This document shows, piece after piece, positions 48,681 to 62,385 of a DNA stretch of 64,000 nt. The position numbers were made by a program, and so were the translations under genes. The DNA is from Vicugna vicugna (Eukaryota), in the NCBI GenBank assembly GCA_013265495.1, contig MU058221.1, positions 2,604,001 to 2,668,000 on the forward strand. Reading direction: 5' to 3'. The notes beneath the pieces are model-generated. The model worked only from the letters and a program-made list of their open reading frames with translations, was not told the origin of the DNA and searched no databases. The first letter of the stretch is position 1, and the number at the start of each line of letters is the position of its first letter.

Positions 48681-51600
48681 CAGAAACCCAGTTTCTACCT
48701 GCCGTGGACTTTCGGGGCTGCTTGTAAACAGTGGATTCTAAGGCGATTAAATCCCTCGTGTCAGAAGTCTGCTGCGCTACTTGAATTAACTGTGCACATA
48801 ATGTAAAGACGTCCAGGTTGCAATTCGGTTTTTACAGCATAATCAATATGCCAAGTGCAGGGTCATATTATGAAAGCAATTATTTTTTTTCAGGTACGAG
48901 AAGGACTGACTATTAATTTCCATGAAAACTTGCTTTGCTGGTGTCTGGAGGAAAACGTACCCCAGCGTGACCTAGCCCCGAAATTCAGCCTGTGGGTGAC
49001 TTGCGCACACTTATGAAGACACATCCAGAAAAGAGGGGCGGTTAGCTCTGTTGCCCACACCTGAGCAGCAGAGGGGACACTCTGGGGCCACCCTTAGCTC
49101 CCTCTGTACGCTCGGCAGTACGCTGTGTTTCACACATTTTCTCTTTTAATCCTCTTAACGAATACGTGCCTTAATCATCAGTATCAGAATTTTGCAGAAT
49201 AAGGAACTGAGGCCCAAGGAAACTACATGTAGCCTGACCCAAATCCGAGCTGATGGCTGAGTCTCCAAAGCTAAGAAGGAGCGGCGCTGTGTCCTGGAAA
49301 GACCTCAGGGCACCTGGGTTCCAGGCTTCATGCGTGGTGCTGCCAAATCAGGCTTTAGAGGTCACATCTGTGTGGTTTCTGCAGACAACAAGGTGTATTT
49401 GGTCTCTCCTTTTTTTTTTTCAACTGAATAATTCGTTTTACTGTCCCGTCAGCTGCATGAGGAGTGACTGTGCTCGGTGTGTTTTCTCCCATGGTTTGTG
49501 TGTTCTGGGACTGGTGTGTGTACTTTGGCTCGGCAAACGCACAAACTTTGCCGTGTGGCATAACCTCACGTTTGTCAGGTCGGAGCCCTTCAATGCAAAA
49601 AGGAAAAACTGAGCCCTGTGAAAAATGACGTAGTTTGTTTAAGAGCGAGAAGGTTTTAATTGTCAAGGAAAAAAAAACCACTCTGATGCTCATGCGTTCA
49701 ATCTTTGCTGGCTGTGTGGGTTTTATGTCAGAAAGTTCCCCAGCCAGCCTGAAGCCGTAATTTGAGAGCGATGGTGTGTTGGGATATTGCTCTTTTGAAT
49801 TAAAAACAAGTTTTCAGATGACCCTTGACTCCGTTAGCTTCAGAAGGGGTTAGAGGTGAACTGCACAGAGCCCCATGGCTGGCCTGAGGCTCGGTGGGTA
49901 TGTACGTTCAACCCTTACCTGAAAAAGCGAGTCTTTTATTTTGGACCCGATGGGTCTTTTGCGCCCAATGACGAGGATCGCGTTGGCGGTGTAAGGATCT
50001 ACCCCATCACTGGGTGCCATCCACTTCTGACATTCCGCAAGCGAAGGGCCTTGCTTGACTTCAGACCCTAGGAGGAGAGAAGGCCCAAATAATTGTCTCG
50101 TTCTAGAACACATTTGTGCTTGAAGCTGGAATTTGGGGACCCCCAGAGGGGCAGGTCACCCCAACGGTCTCCTGGTGCCCTGGTGCCTCCCATGAAGAGG
50201 GAACGGAAGCTTGGGGTCGAATTGGTGGCGAAGCTGTTCCAGACCATAAAGTGACCAAAAATACAGATTCCATCACTTTTTATCGTACGCCCCTGGCTTT
50301 CGCCTGTGATTGACCCAGTGTCAGAAAGACAAGTTTGATTGGCTCTTCATCACCTTGGTGATGTCATATGTGGGAACCAAAGAGAGAAGAAAAGTGAATC
50401 CTTCCATTGAGAAAAATCTACATGTTAGCTAAATTGTTAACTGAGATCGTTTATGTAGATGATTTAAGAGCATGCACTTTCTTTCCTTTTTCTGCAAGCT
50501 CGCTCGTGCCTGCTGGTAAAGCCAACAGTTGCGTGTAGCCACAGTGCCCGGGGTGGCCGGCGACGTGGCAATCTTTAGCCCCAATCCCCCAAAACTGTTC
50601 TCTGCCACTCAAAGCCACTCTATTATGGGTGAGGGTGGGGCTGCGTGGATCACACGTGTACGTACATTCTTGGATCTAAACAGCAAAGATTTTCTCAATC
50701 ATATGTAAAATAAATAATGAGCATCTTTAGAAAAACATCTGATGTTTTAATCGACCTTTAATATAAAATCTAAGTAAAACCTGTAATACAAATGTACCTC
50801 CAGAAATTTCCCCATTTCCACTTCCAACCAGACTGCTGCCCTCAGCTGCTCCTATTTAGACGTTTGGAGCTGCCACGGAGTGTGACTCTCACACATCCAA
50901 GGTGCCTGGGAGTTGAGTCAACATTTCCACATAACGCCACTTGCCACCAAAATATCGTTACTTACTTAGACCGACAAGTTGTTATTTTTTCAGGCTAAAA
51001 CAATAGGAGCCCATGACTTATCCTTCCTAAATCTTTTCTTGGAAGATTGAAAAAGATTTTTTCCAAGTCTCTACAATACCCCAAGTGAATGATTCTCTTA
51101 TTGAGTTCATGTGAAAGGATGCAAGACGTCACCTTCGCCCCCGTCCTTCACCCACGCAGTTTTTCTTGTTTTTTTCCCCCTCCTTTTAGATTTTCTGAAC
51201 GAGTGGTTTATAACGTATTTTAAAGCACAAAATGCTTTGATGGTGATGCCCCTAACATGGAGACAAAAATTCATTTTCAGCTGCCGGTATGAGGAATGCT
51301 GCTGCACTTTTCCCGTAAAATGTCATGACAGGTTCTACACGGAGGCTGAAGCCTTGGAGGTTGTTAAAGGTAGTGGGGCAGCAGCGTTTCTTACAGATCA
51401 GTAGTTTTACAGACTAAAAATAGGCAGTGATTTGACCTATCCCAGCACAACACTCAGCTAAAGAGGCTCTTTTGATCCCCATAATCAAGTATCTCAAAAA
51501 GTCAAGCCTTTTCAAGTAGGTGCCTTCAAGTATTTCTGTTGCACAGAGCTTTAAAAAAAACCCACACGTTTGCCATTTACACTCAGGTTGGTGTATTTTT

Positions 51601-51890
51601 CTTGGGCCTGTTTTATAAATGGGACACCAGGCAGGTGCCTGTCCCCATCAGAGGGCCTCTGCCATCTTCATCTCACAGCCGTCTGGGGAAAAGGCTGAGG
51701 CGGACCTGCCCCTGCTCACTGTGGAGGGTGAACCGTTCTCACCCAGGTCAAGTCCAGACAGACAGCCAACGCCTCCTTCAGTGGCACAGTCAGGAGCCGA
51801 AGATGGGCCGTGTTCTAGCAGAGGAGACTGGAGATGTATGTAGGAAGAGTGCATGCACTGTGGCTCTGGTTGCCAAGGGAAGATCAGAAG

Positions 51891-52423
51891 TTCAGGGACA
51901 AAGAAAACTGGTGAGTTCATGTTGGAGGAAAGCGGTGTGGATGAAAAAGATTGCCAGCCATCTCCGTAAAGAAAGGACGCTGTGGCCATCAAGTCATCCT
52001 CCCCGACGGTGAGTGGAGGGAACTCAGGACGCGGACCAGCGGGCAGCCCGGCCTCTGCCGCCACCCCCCACGGTGCCCCTGAGGGAACTCAGGATGTGGA
52101 CGAACAGGACCCTGGCCCTGGACAGCTGGGTGCACATCAAAGGAGTGATTTCACTGAGACCAGACCTTTGCACCGTCCCACACACAGAAAAGCGCTGAAT
52201 TCCTTCCTTGAGACGTCTGGCTTTCTTTCATTAGCAGTAATCTTTTGATGTTTGACCACCTGGTCTCGGTGGCAAAAGCTCATCCATCCTGGCTTCTGCC
52301 TCGCCACCTGGGAGCAGCCTCTTAGAGCGATCGGAGATGCTGTGTCCCGGGCTGAATCCTCAGAAACTTTGCCGAATAAAACTTGTCTCATCTTTGAGGT
52401 TGTACATTTTACTTCAGTTGACG
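51891..52423 (+). mobile_element. MER34-like ERV1 solo LTR
   Basis: End gccgaataaaac...ggttgtacattttacttcagttgac; internal repeat gagggaactcagga x2; possible TSD gaag/gagg. Confidence 0.72.
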
Positions 52424-53409
52424 GAGGGAGAAGGAAGGTCTGACGGACAGGCAGGGAAGCCTGGGAATCTGGTTGCCTCTGCTGACGGCTCTACTCATGT
52501 AGTTTTGATTCATAAGTTAGACCCTTGCTGTTTCTCTGCCCTTGAATTTTCCCCCAAGGACCACTTTCCCCTTTCATTGATTTTATAGGCTCTGTCTGAC
52601 CCGTGTTCTCTCTCCCTGGGGTCCTCCTGTCACCACAAACCTTTCAATCTGGCCCTCAGTGTGTTGGTAGGTTTCAGCGCCTTGTATGCCCACACATCCT
52701 GGTTATATTATGTTCATTATTTTCGCTGCTTGTTTTTGTTTTTTGGGGGAAAAAAATCTGACATTCAATAAGTTCTCTTTGTTAGATTTTTTCCCCTGGA
52801 ATTTGGAGGGTCACAATTGCTTTTCTCAGAATGAAAACAATTCATCCTCTGTCCCCATTGCTTAAGTCAAGTTTTGGAAGAAGGGCTTTTTGCTCAAATA
52901 CCACCGGTAAGTGGCGGCCTCAGAATTCTGAATAGTTTCTCACGGTCGCAAAGGACTGACGACATTTGTAGCCGTGATTGTCTTGCCCTGGAACGTCCAA
53001 GTGTAAATCCACAAAGCTCAGTGTGAAATGCTGTTTTCATCACAAGTGTTCCCGGAAGGACGCCGTTAAGCGAGGTTTTCGTTTTCCCATTGTTGCTTGT
53101 CCTTCCCTAGCTACAAGAACTGAAGTTATTAAGATAACAGTAAGTTATTTTCTATAGTGGCTTTCAAAGGAGTCAGCTCTTGGTTTTGTTCAAAGAAATG
53201 TATGATGTTTGCAGAAATGTAATGCGTTGCTGGCTGTCACGGTGGCATCGTGGAAGCTGTACTTATGATTGCTTACCACTCCTGAGCATCATGGTGGGCG
53301 ATCAGGATGTCAAAAGAGCTGACCTCCTGTGCATTGAGTGAAACTTTGCACATGGGTAGAGATTATGAAGATCGAAGTATTTATTCCATAAAACACAATT
53401 GCCTTCTAA

Positions 53410-53630
53410 CAGGGTTTTGCAGCCTCCTCACTATGGACGTTTCAGGGCAAGAAGCTGTAAGTCTCTGTGGTGGGGGGCCGTCCTGTGTGCTGTGGGATGG
53501 TCAGCAGCATCCTTGGATGGTCTCCACCAGATGCCAGTAGCACCCTGCCCTCAAGTTGTGACAACCAAAAATGGTACAGAAATTGCCGGAGGCCCACCAG
53601 GGGAGAAACTGTCCCTTGTTGAGACCACGT
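53410..53630. mobile_element. MER20 DNA transposon
   Basis: gtcctgtgtgctgtgggatg...cagcagcatcc...ccagatgccagtagcaccc...gttgtgacaaccaaaaatg. Confidence 0.88.
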
Positions 53631-54699
53631 CTCTACAATCTTTAAGTAAAATAAATATAAATGTCATAAAATTTAAATTATGTGCACCCAGTCCCCCGTA
53701 CCTGGTTGGTTAATTTGTAACACGTTATTTGATCTGAATAAAGTGACCAGAAAACAGGGGAAATAGGAAAAGTTCTAGCTCTTTGTTGAAATCATCTCTG
53801 ACATTGCTGCTACTCAGAACTCACCAGTCTCTCTCCCCATCAGTGTTTGGTGGAAACCCCTTGTCCCCAGATGATCTCTTTATGATCTTTAATGTTTCCT
53901 AAAATCTGACTGTTTACAGCATGTCTTAATATTCTGAAACTGCTTCCAGGAGGGGCACTTACTCACTGTTCCCCAAATAGAAATATTTAATTAGGGTTCT
54001 CTCACTGATTTCTTTTAAGGCAGCACTGAAATGAGGCAGCTCTGAAGGAGGAGGGCAGGAGCAGGTATTAGAGAAGAAGAAAGGCAGATAAGAAAAAGAG
54101 AATGTTGGAAAAGATGTGCACAGACAAGAGAATGAAGATGATAAAAGTCCATCCTCATTCACAGCACTGATGAAATTCAGGACCAGTTATTAAATGAGAC
54201 TGTGGGACAGACATCGCGCATCCTCATCAGATGCTTCTTAGTTGAGAATTCATTTGAGGTTGGAATTCCCTGGATTGACTTGGTTGCAATCTACCTTTGT
54301 AGTCCGACTTTTCTGTTAATTTCTTAAAAAGAAAAGGGAAAAACAAAAACCCTCCAACTTTCATGGAGTTAGCAGCTTTCCTTGTTGCCCGGATATCATC
54401 TGAAACTTGCTTCCTCTGAGCCCTAACTCTGCCATGTGCTCAGCCGGACTGTCTTCCCCATTTCTTTGCCTAGTGATGTCTTGCATTATTGTTTAACAAA
54501 AAGACAGGAAGAATGCAGGATAGTTTTCAAGTGGTTAAGAGGAGATACGTGCTGTGGATCTGGCACATAAGCCACGTTCAAGGTGAAGGCAGTACACAGA
54601 GCCAGGAAGAGCACTGCCATCCCCAGGTCACGGTCGTGAGCCTTGGTCAGACGCCACCCCCAGGGCACACGGGTGCTGACGGCAGGAAGCACAAGGCCT

Positions 54700-55022
54700 C
54701 ACTGCTCTAGGCGCGGTCCCTGGACCAACAGCGCCTTCCTTACCTGGGAGCTCGTTGGAAATGCAGGATTTCAGGCTTCACCCCTGAACTCAGTCTGCGC
54801 TCTAACAGCATTCCCATGGTGAGTCCTATGACCTGCAAGTTTCTGTAGCCCTGGCATAAGGGACATTATTTTCCAGGCTGTGTTTCCTTGAGATTCTCTC
54901 TGTTAAAAAAGGTGGGGGGAAGTTACAGGAGCATCAGATACATATTTTGAAAGCTGCGTATAACATAGCTACTTTTTAGAGATCCACAGTGTCATGGACG
55001 CTGAGGAAGACACTTTGGAAAT
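54700..55022. mobile_element. MER5A-like element followed by MER103-like remnant
   Basis: acctgggagctcgttggaaatgcagga; tttccaggctgtgtttcc...cactttggaaa. Confidence 0.6.
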
Positions 55023-55429
55023 TCCAAATTACAGCATCAGGCCTTGGGGTTGGGAAGAGGCCTGACTCCCAGACATTTTATAACTCAGATTCGGTTACAG
55101 GAAACAACCCAAGGAACCGACATGATGAAACTGATGTTTTGGGTGATTATTTTGAATCCAACGTATTGGTTTTTAACGCTAAAATGTGGGTAAATTTTTC
55201 AAATGTCTTGGCAGTCAGCTTGCTGAATACCATTAGCTTCCAAATTACCTTGTCAAAGTCAGTCCAGAAACGCATAATTACCAGTCAGTCAATGCTTATT
55301 TCCCACGTCTAGTTGGTTATTTAGTTGGCAATTGTTATTATTTTTTCTAGCCTTTATTCCAAATCGATTTGGAAAATCAGGACAACTTTATGTCCAATTA
55401 AAATGTGGGCAATTCTAAGATAGCGGTGC

Positions 55430-55825
55430 TGTATTCATTTGGTAGGGCTGACGTAGCAAAGTACCACACACTAGATGTCTTCAACAGCAGGCGCATTCTC
55501 TCCCCACACTTCTGGGGGCTGGGAGTTCAAGACCCAGGTGTTGGCGGATCTGGTGTGTCCAGAGGCTGCTCTCCTTGGTCTGCAGATGGCTGCCTTCCCC
55601 TCGTGTCCTCACATGGTCTTCCTTCTGCGCGCACATCCCTGGCATCTCCTGTGTGTCCAGATTTCTTTTTCTTATAAGGACATCAATCAGGTTGGATTAG
55701 GACCCATTCAGACAATCCCGTTTTGACTTCGTCCTCTCTTCGAAGGCCCTCGCTCCAAAGAGTCTGAGGCTCTGGGGGTTAGGGCTTCAACATATGAGTT
55801 TAGGGGACACAATCCAGTTAGATAT
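55430..55825 (-). mobile_element. MLT1B-like MaLR LTR
   Basis: agggctgacgtagcaaagtaccacacacta...cttataaggacatcaatcaggttggattaggaccca...ggggacacaatccag. Confidence 0.88.
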
Positions 55826-56313
55826 TGATTGGTTTTCTTTGTGGGAAAGAAAGAAGGCAGAAATATTTACTTCTCTACGTCTGTTTTGAAGGATTTATGT
55901 TTTAATTTTCTCGTTGTTCAAGCCAAGGATTGCCTACCTCAGAGATGGATTTCATAGTGTTCTCATTCATCCGGAGTTCTTTTCTCTCTGACGGGGATTT
56001 CTGCACCTTAAAAAATCATCCTCAGCCTTTGCAAGTGTGTTCCACCGGGAAGCCTGACTGCCCAAGGGAGCTCCTCAGACTTAAGTCTGGCTCAGGCTGG
56101 TGCAGTCAGCCACCATCCAGCTCATGCAGTCCTTCGTTCTATCCATTGCGTTATGCACCCGCGACAGATTTGCGTGCGGTTTTCACTCGGCTGCACTTCA
56201 TCCACCAATGCCCCAGTTCCTTCCTTCCAGGATTCATCACTAACTCCTAACGCACGGAGCCATTGTGTTTTTTGCTTGTTTGTTTGTTTGTCCCACCAAT
56301 TTCTTTTCTTGAA

Positions 56314-56620
56314 TTTTTCACTGAAGTGTAGTTGACTTCCAATGTTAGTTTCAGGTGTGCAGCAAAGTGATTCAGTTGCACGTACACACGCATACTTATT
56401 TTTTCTTTTCAGATTCTTTTCCATTATCGGTTATTACCAGAAATGGAATATAGTTCCCTCTGCTATACAGTAGGTCCTTGTTGTTTATCTCTTTTATATA
56501 CAGTAATGTGTGTCTGTTAATCCCCAACCCCTGCCTTTTCCCCTTTGTTAACCATAGTTTGCTTTCTATGTTGGTGAGTCTGTTTTGGGTTGGTAAATAG
56601 GATTTGTATCTTGTATAAGT
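56314..56620 (-). mobile_element. LINE-1 3' end
   Basis: ctgaagtgtagttgac...cagattcttttccattat...tatagttccctctgctatacagtaggtcc. Confidence 0.9.
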
Positions 56621-57434
56621 CCCATCCCATGTTTCTTACACATCCATAAAAAGGTAGTCAACCTGCAACCTAAAACACCTCTTTTGAAGGCATGCTCTGA
56701 ACAGCTGAGAAACCACACACGACTAAAGGGCTCGGGGAGGGTGAAGGATGGTTCTCCTGCTGACCACCGCTGCCTGTGCTCCACCTGGGACGATCATTTC
56801 CTTGCTGGAACAGCTGCCGCTCTCTGATTCAGGCTGTTGCCACTGCTGCCTGGGGAATATGTATTTTTAAAATATTTTTCTCTTTTTGAAAACAAGAAAA
56901 AAATTTCATAAATTTTCCACTGAAAATTATATGAGTAAACACAGCCAGGTTGGGAAGCGAGGACAATAATGATATTGAATACATCATGCAATTTTGAGCT
57001 AGACTCTCCCGAGTCTAAATAATTCCTTGACTGGTTTTGGGCCCTTTGCCAGCTGCATGAACTGCAGCCTGGGTATCTTATCATAGCCAGTGATTTCCCC
57101 TAGCAACAAAGACAGTCATGAAAATTTCATGATCAATTTATTTTTCATTTTTACCAATGAATTCTAATGTTAAGATATTTGCAAAAAAAAGGGTAGAAGT
57201 CGTATGACTAAATGAAGAACTGTATGCAGCTGTACTTGACAATAACATCTACTCTTTGTATGTCATTTTAATATTTTTATGTTTCATATTTTTCAAAAAG
57301 ACTTCATCAATGTATATTTGATTCTTAAAACAGCCCACTGAGGAACATAAAGCAAATCGCTTTCCCAAGAGATGCCAGTTGGTAACAGACATGATTCTAG
57401 AGTCCAAATTTCCATCATCCTAACTTCAGTTCCA

Positions 57435-57765
57435 TTCAGCCAGTATTAATTGACCACCCTACTATGTGCTAGTCACTGTTCTGAACATGGCAGTAAACAA
57501 AATAGAGATCTCCACCCTTGGGGAACTTAAGTGTAATTGTAGAAGACAGACAATAAATGATTGACAACATAAATATACAGCGCATGTAATAATTACAAGA
57601 TGACAAGTACTACGGAAGAAGAACAGTAGTGCAGGAAGGGAGAGCGGAAGTAGGGGGTTAAAATTCTAGAGTTGTCCATGGTGAGGATGTGACATTTGAG
57701 CAAAATCTGGAAAAAAGTGATTTGGGTATTCAGTAATTTTTCCACTGTGCCTTCCTTCCACTTGG
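57435..57765 (-). mobile_element. L2 3' relic
   Basis: cattcagccagtattaattgaccaccctactatgtgctagtcactgttctg. Confidence 0.75.
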
Positions 57766-57959
57766 ACATTGGCTGCAGCATGAAATTACCCAAACAACCT
57801 GCAAATATTTTCTTAGAAACCTCAACGACCGTGGAGTGATGAGAAAGAACAGTGGGCTTTGGCCTTCACTTCTAAGAACTGACAGTGTGGAACTAAGGCG
57901 AGCCAGCCCTCTTCTCCCATGGGGTCCTGGTGAGCACGAACTGGCAAGGCCTTCTATTT

Positions 57960-59365
57960 TGTTCAACTTCACTGAGGAATGATTGACAAATATAATTACA
58001 TAAGTGTACATGTGATGACTTGACATTCCGTATACATTGTGGAATGATTACCAAGATCAAGATGATGAACACAACCGTCACCTCACGTAGTTAAATCTTT
58101 TTCTTTGTGCATGTGGTGAGGACACGTAAAATCTCCTTTAGGCAACTTTCCAGTATACAATGCCTATTATTGACTGTAGTTACCACGCTGTACATTAGAT
58201 CCTCAGAACTTACTCTTACTCTTTGTGCCCTTTGAATTGTATCTCCCCATCTCCCTCTCCCCCAGCCCCCGGCAACAACTATTTTAATCTCTGTTTTTAT
58301 TAAGTTGGCTTCTTTGTTTTAGATACCACATAGAAAGGATGCTCTGTTGTTTTTGTCTTTCTCTGTCTGGCTTATTTCACTTATCACAAGGCTCTCCAGT
58401 TTTATCCAAACTGTAGCAAGTGGGAAAATGTCCTTTTTAATGGCTTTATAGAAATATGTACACATACACACTATATATATTTATATAGTTACAGGTATAT
58501 TAATTTATAAATATGTGCATTTTCTTTATCCATTCATCCATCAAAGGACACTTAGGTTGTTTCCATATCTTGGCTGTTGTGAATGACGGTGAACATAGGA
58601 ATGCAGCTATCTCTTTGAGGTACTGATTTCATTTTTTTCTGTGTATATCCAGAAGTGGGATTCCTGGATCATATGGTAGTTTTACTTTCAACTGTTGGAA
58701 GACCGCCCCCCCCCCATACCTTTTCCCATAATGGCTGTACCGGTTCACATGCACAAGTGGTCCCTTTCCTCCACATCCTTACCAGTGCTCGCTATCTCTT
58801 GTCTTTTTTCATATTGCATAGTACAGACATTTCACCTTCTTGGTTAAGTTTATTCCTAAGTATTTCATTGTTCTTGATGCTATTGTAAATGTGATTGTTT
58901 TCTTAATTTCTCTTTCAGATGTATTGTTTTTGTGTAGAAATGCAAACTGATTTCTGAACATTGAGTGTGCATTTTTCATCTTTACTGAATTCATTTAGTA
59001 GTTCTAACAGGTTTTTTTGGTGAAATCCGTAGGGGTTTTTATATATAAGATGTCACCTGCAAACAGATAATTTTCATATCTTGCTTGCAGGTCAGATGCC
59101 TTTTATTTTTTATTCTTGCCTAATTGCTATAGCTAGGACCTGCAGCACTATGGCGAATAGAAGTGGTGATATTTGACATGCTTGTCTTGTTCCTCGTCTG
59201 AGAAGAAAAGTTTAACTTTTTACCATTGAGTGTGCTGTTAGCTGTGGGCTTGTCATTTATGGCCTTTGTCAGGTTGAGGTACGTTCCTTCTATAGCTAAT
59301 TGATTGAGACTTTTTTTCATGAAAGGATGTTGAATTTCGTCAAGTACTGTTTCTTGCATCTCCTA
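57960..59365 (-). mobile_element. Older LINE-1 (3' UTR plus ORF2 fragments, internal deletion)
   Basis: ORF2-like IQHPFMKKSLNQLAIEGTYLNLTKAINDKPTAN and KYLGINLTKKVK. Confidence 0.92.
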
Positions 59366-60099
59366 AGAAGGGCTCATGAGGGTGGGAAAGTCTGACAAAT
59401 ATGATAGGTTAGATGAGCAGTGGAGTTAGTTATGAAATGGAGACAGAACTGGGAAGCACAAAGGCCACACAAGAAGTAAGTTGAGCCTACAGAAGAAGTA
59501 AGATGAGAGAGGACAAGCAGGTGTCAAAGGCCTGATTCAGAAGAGGCAAGAGATGGGGAACTCAGTCAGCGGCCCTGAGGAGCAAGAGATGCCCGTGTGC
59601 GCTCTTTCCCGCGGGCGGAAATGAGACCAGAACTTGCAGGTGGTCGGCCAGCCAGAAATGGGCTTAGCTAATTCTGCCTTCTTTCCAGGAGGCTGCCTAC
59701 CTGTCTTTAGCCACACTGGGGGTGGAGGAACCTAGATATCTTTATTTAAATCAGGCCTTTAGGGAAGTCCAAAAATACAGATTTTTGAAAATGACTGAAG
59801 TCTTAATCTGAAGACAGTGATAGGTCGTTTATATTTGTATTTTTTACCCAAATACAAGTGGACTTTCTTGGTCTGGCTCCAAGACCTGCCTCTGCAGGGG
59901 TGACATATCCCAAAATAAGTATATGCCTGCCTTAAAAAGCCTTGCAGAAGAGCATGGATCTGCCCTAAAGTTTCGACTCAGTGTCTGTAAGGGGGAGAAC
60001 GATTTATACAGCCAACATGTGCTTTAAAAATCTCTTTATTAAGTGCGTCCTTTCCTCACATGTCCTTCTCTGTGTGACTGCTCCAGGCTCCTCGGATGT

Positions 60100-60325
60100 G
60101 GTAAAGTGACGAATGGCAGACATGGGATTCCAGCTGCCCGGCTTGAATCTTGGTTCTACCACTTGTCAGCTGGGCTGTCCTTTAGGCATTTAACTCTGAA
60201 TGTATCTGCTTATATGTAGACCAGGAATCATGATAAGGTGGTTGTGAGTGTGACCTAACAGATATGTAACAAACCTGGAACAGGACAAAGTGCCTGCAAG
60301 TTCTAATGAAGCACTGGCTGTTCTC
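60100..60325 (+). mobile_element. MIR SINE
   Basis: ttgaatcttggttctaccacttgtcagctg...ggttgtgagtgtga...gtgcctgc. Confidence 0.65.
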
Positions 60326-60910
60326 ACCTCTACAACCTTTCTTCCCCACTCCCCTTCCTTCTCTCTTCTGACCTCTGGTTTCTTTCTCTTAATCTTCTGC
60401 TTGCCCTTGATTTCTGCATCTTTGTCATTCCATCTCCAGCTTGCCTCCTTGAAAGGTGGGAGAGCAGCAAAGCTTGTAAATATCCGTACTTAACAACTTG
60501 TTTTGTCCCGATTCCACAAAACCGACAAACTCTAAAGGCTACGTGATGGCCTAAATGACCGATTTGCCTCCCTTCCTTTATAGAAACCGCTAATAACCTC
60601 CAGCAGTGTGTCTGCAGCTATGTGTGGCCAGGATTTTGACAAGCCCATAAACTCTCCCTTTGGCTGCTTCATCAGTGCTGGAATTCTCAATTCTTCACTC
60701 AAAGTTGGAATGATCAATCACTGAGAATTGTGCCCCAGGCTTCTCACCTGCAGTATGAGGACAATAATCGCATGGGCTCAGTAGGCTTTTGCAAGGAATG
60801 AGTGGAGAGTATCATGTAAACTCATAGAACCACTTTTGGTGACTAGTAAGTACCCTGTAAACTTTACCATTATCATCACTGTGGTTATTACTGTTTCTAA
60901 TATTCTTTTT

Positions 60911-61071
60911 CTAAAATCTTTTATTTATTTATTATGGTATTTAATTATTTTATTTTATTGGGGGGGAGGTAATTAGATTTATTTATTTTTAGAAGAGGCA
61001 CTGGGGATTGAACCCAGGATCTTATGCACGCTAAGCATGTGCTCTACCACCTGAGCTCTACCCTTCCCCCC
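60911..61071 (-). mobile_element. tRNA-Ala-derived camelid SINE (Vic-1-like)
   Basis: Perfect 12-bp TSD aatattcttttt (60899-60910 / 61072-61083); B box ggggattgaacccagg. Confidence 0.92.
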
Positions 61072-61777
61072 AATATTCTTTTTGATATTGTGGCTGTTAT
61101 TCTAGAAGCTGCAGCTCAGAGTTACACCTCTCTTAGTTACATCATCAGCCAGAGGCAGGACCAGCAAGAATAAACACCATTGCTGATTAAGGACAGAAGG
61201 GAGACCCCAGTCATGCGGGCAGTCTTCGGGGAGGGAGGTGGCCTTATCCTTCTCTGCATCTTTCTAAAGACCTCAGAGGACCACCTGCAAGAGGGCTAGT
61301 AGCCTGCAGAGGAATTTTGCAGATTCTCGCTACAGGTTCACAGATATCACAACCATTACTTGTTTACTTGTCTGGAAAGCAAATAAAGAAGCACGTGTTC
61401 GTGCGGCCCACCCTTGTGTGTCTCCTCCACTCGTCAACCCACACCCACGCCTCAGCCTCTGCAGTCATGCTTTTCAGACCCCTCTTTATGGGACAGTATT
61501 GTGATGCAGTCAGGGGGCACTGATGAGGCCGTCTCTCAGAGCCGCCAGGTCCCTGAGGTGCACTGCTCCGGTGCAGGCCAGGAGGGCGGAGCAGTAGATT
61601 TTAGCGTCCTGCTTGTTTCAGCATCCTGCCATCGGACCACACGGGGAGCCTCTGTCAGAGTCACAGGACTGCAGACCTACCACGAGCCACGCATGGAGTT
61701 CTCATAACTCGAACCCCCTCCACACACACACTAACCCCCCACCCAGCGGAACCCTGACTACATTTTGCTTTTTCTTC

Positions 61778-62385
61778 TTTTTTTTTCTTATTGAAGTTTA
61801 GTCAGTTTACAATGTTGCAACCATTTCTGGAGTACAGCATCATGGTTCAGGCATACATACACATACGTATACTCATTTTCCTATTTTTTTCATTATAAAT
61901 TACCACAAGATATTGCACATAGTTCCCTGTGCCCTACAGTATAAACTTGTTGTCTATCTATTTTATATACAGCCGTTAGTATCTGTAAATCCCAAACTCC
62001 CATTTGTCCCTCCACGCCCCACCCTTTTCCCTTTTGGTAACCAAAAGTTTGTTTTCTGTGTCTATGAGTTTATTTCTGTTTTGCACATAAGTTCATTTGT
62101 GTCATTTTTTATATTGTATATTTATATTTTAAGTGGTATCATATGGTATTTTTTTTCTCTTTCTGGCTTACTTCACTTAGAATGATGATCTCCAGGTCCA
62201 TCCATGTTGCTGCAAATGGCATTATTTTATTATTTTTTATGGCTGAGTAGTATTCTATTGTATAAATATATCATAGCTTCTTTATCCAGTCATCTGTTGA
62301 TGGACATTTATGTTGTTTCCATGTCTTGACTATTGTAAATAGTGCTTCTCTGAACATTGGGTACATGTCTCTTTTGGAATTAATA
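61778..62385 (-). mobile_element. LINE-1 3' end
   Basis: Same family as the 35194 and 42779 copies (ttagaatgatgatctccaggtccatccatgttgctgcaaatggc). Confidence 0.92.
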
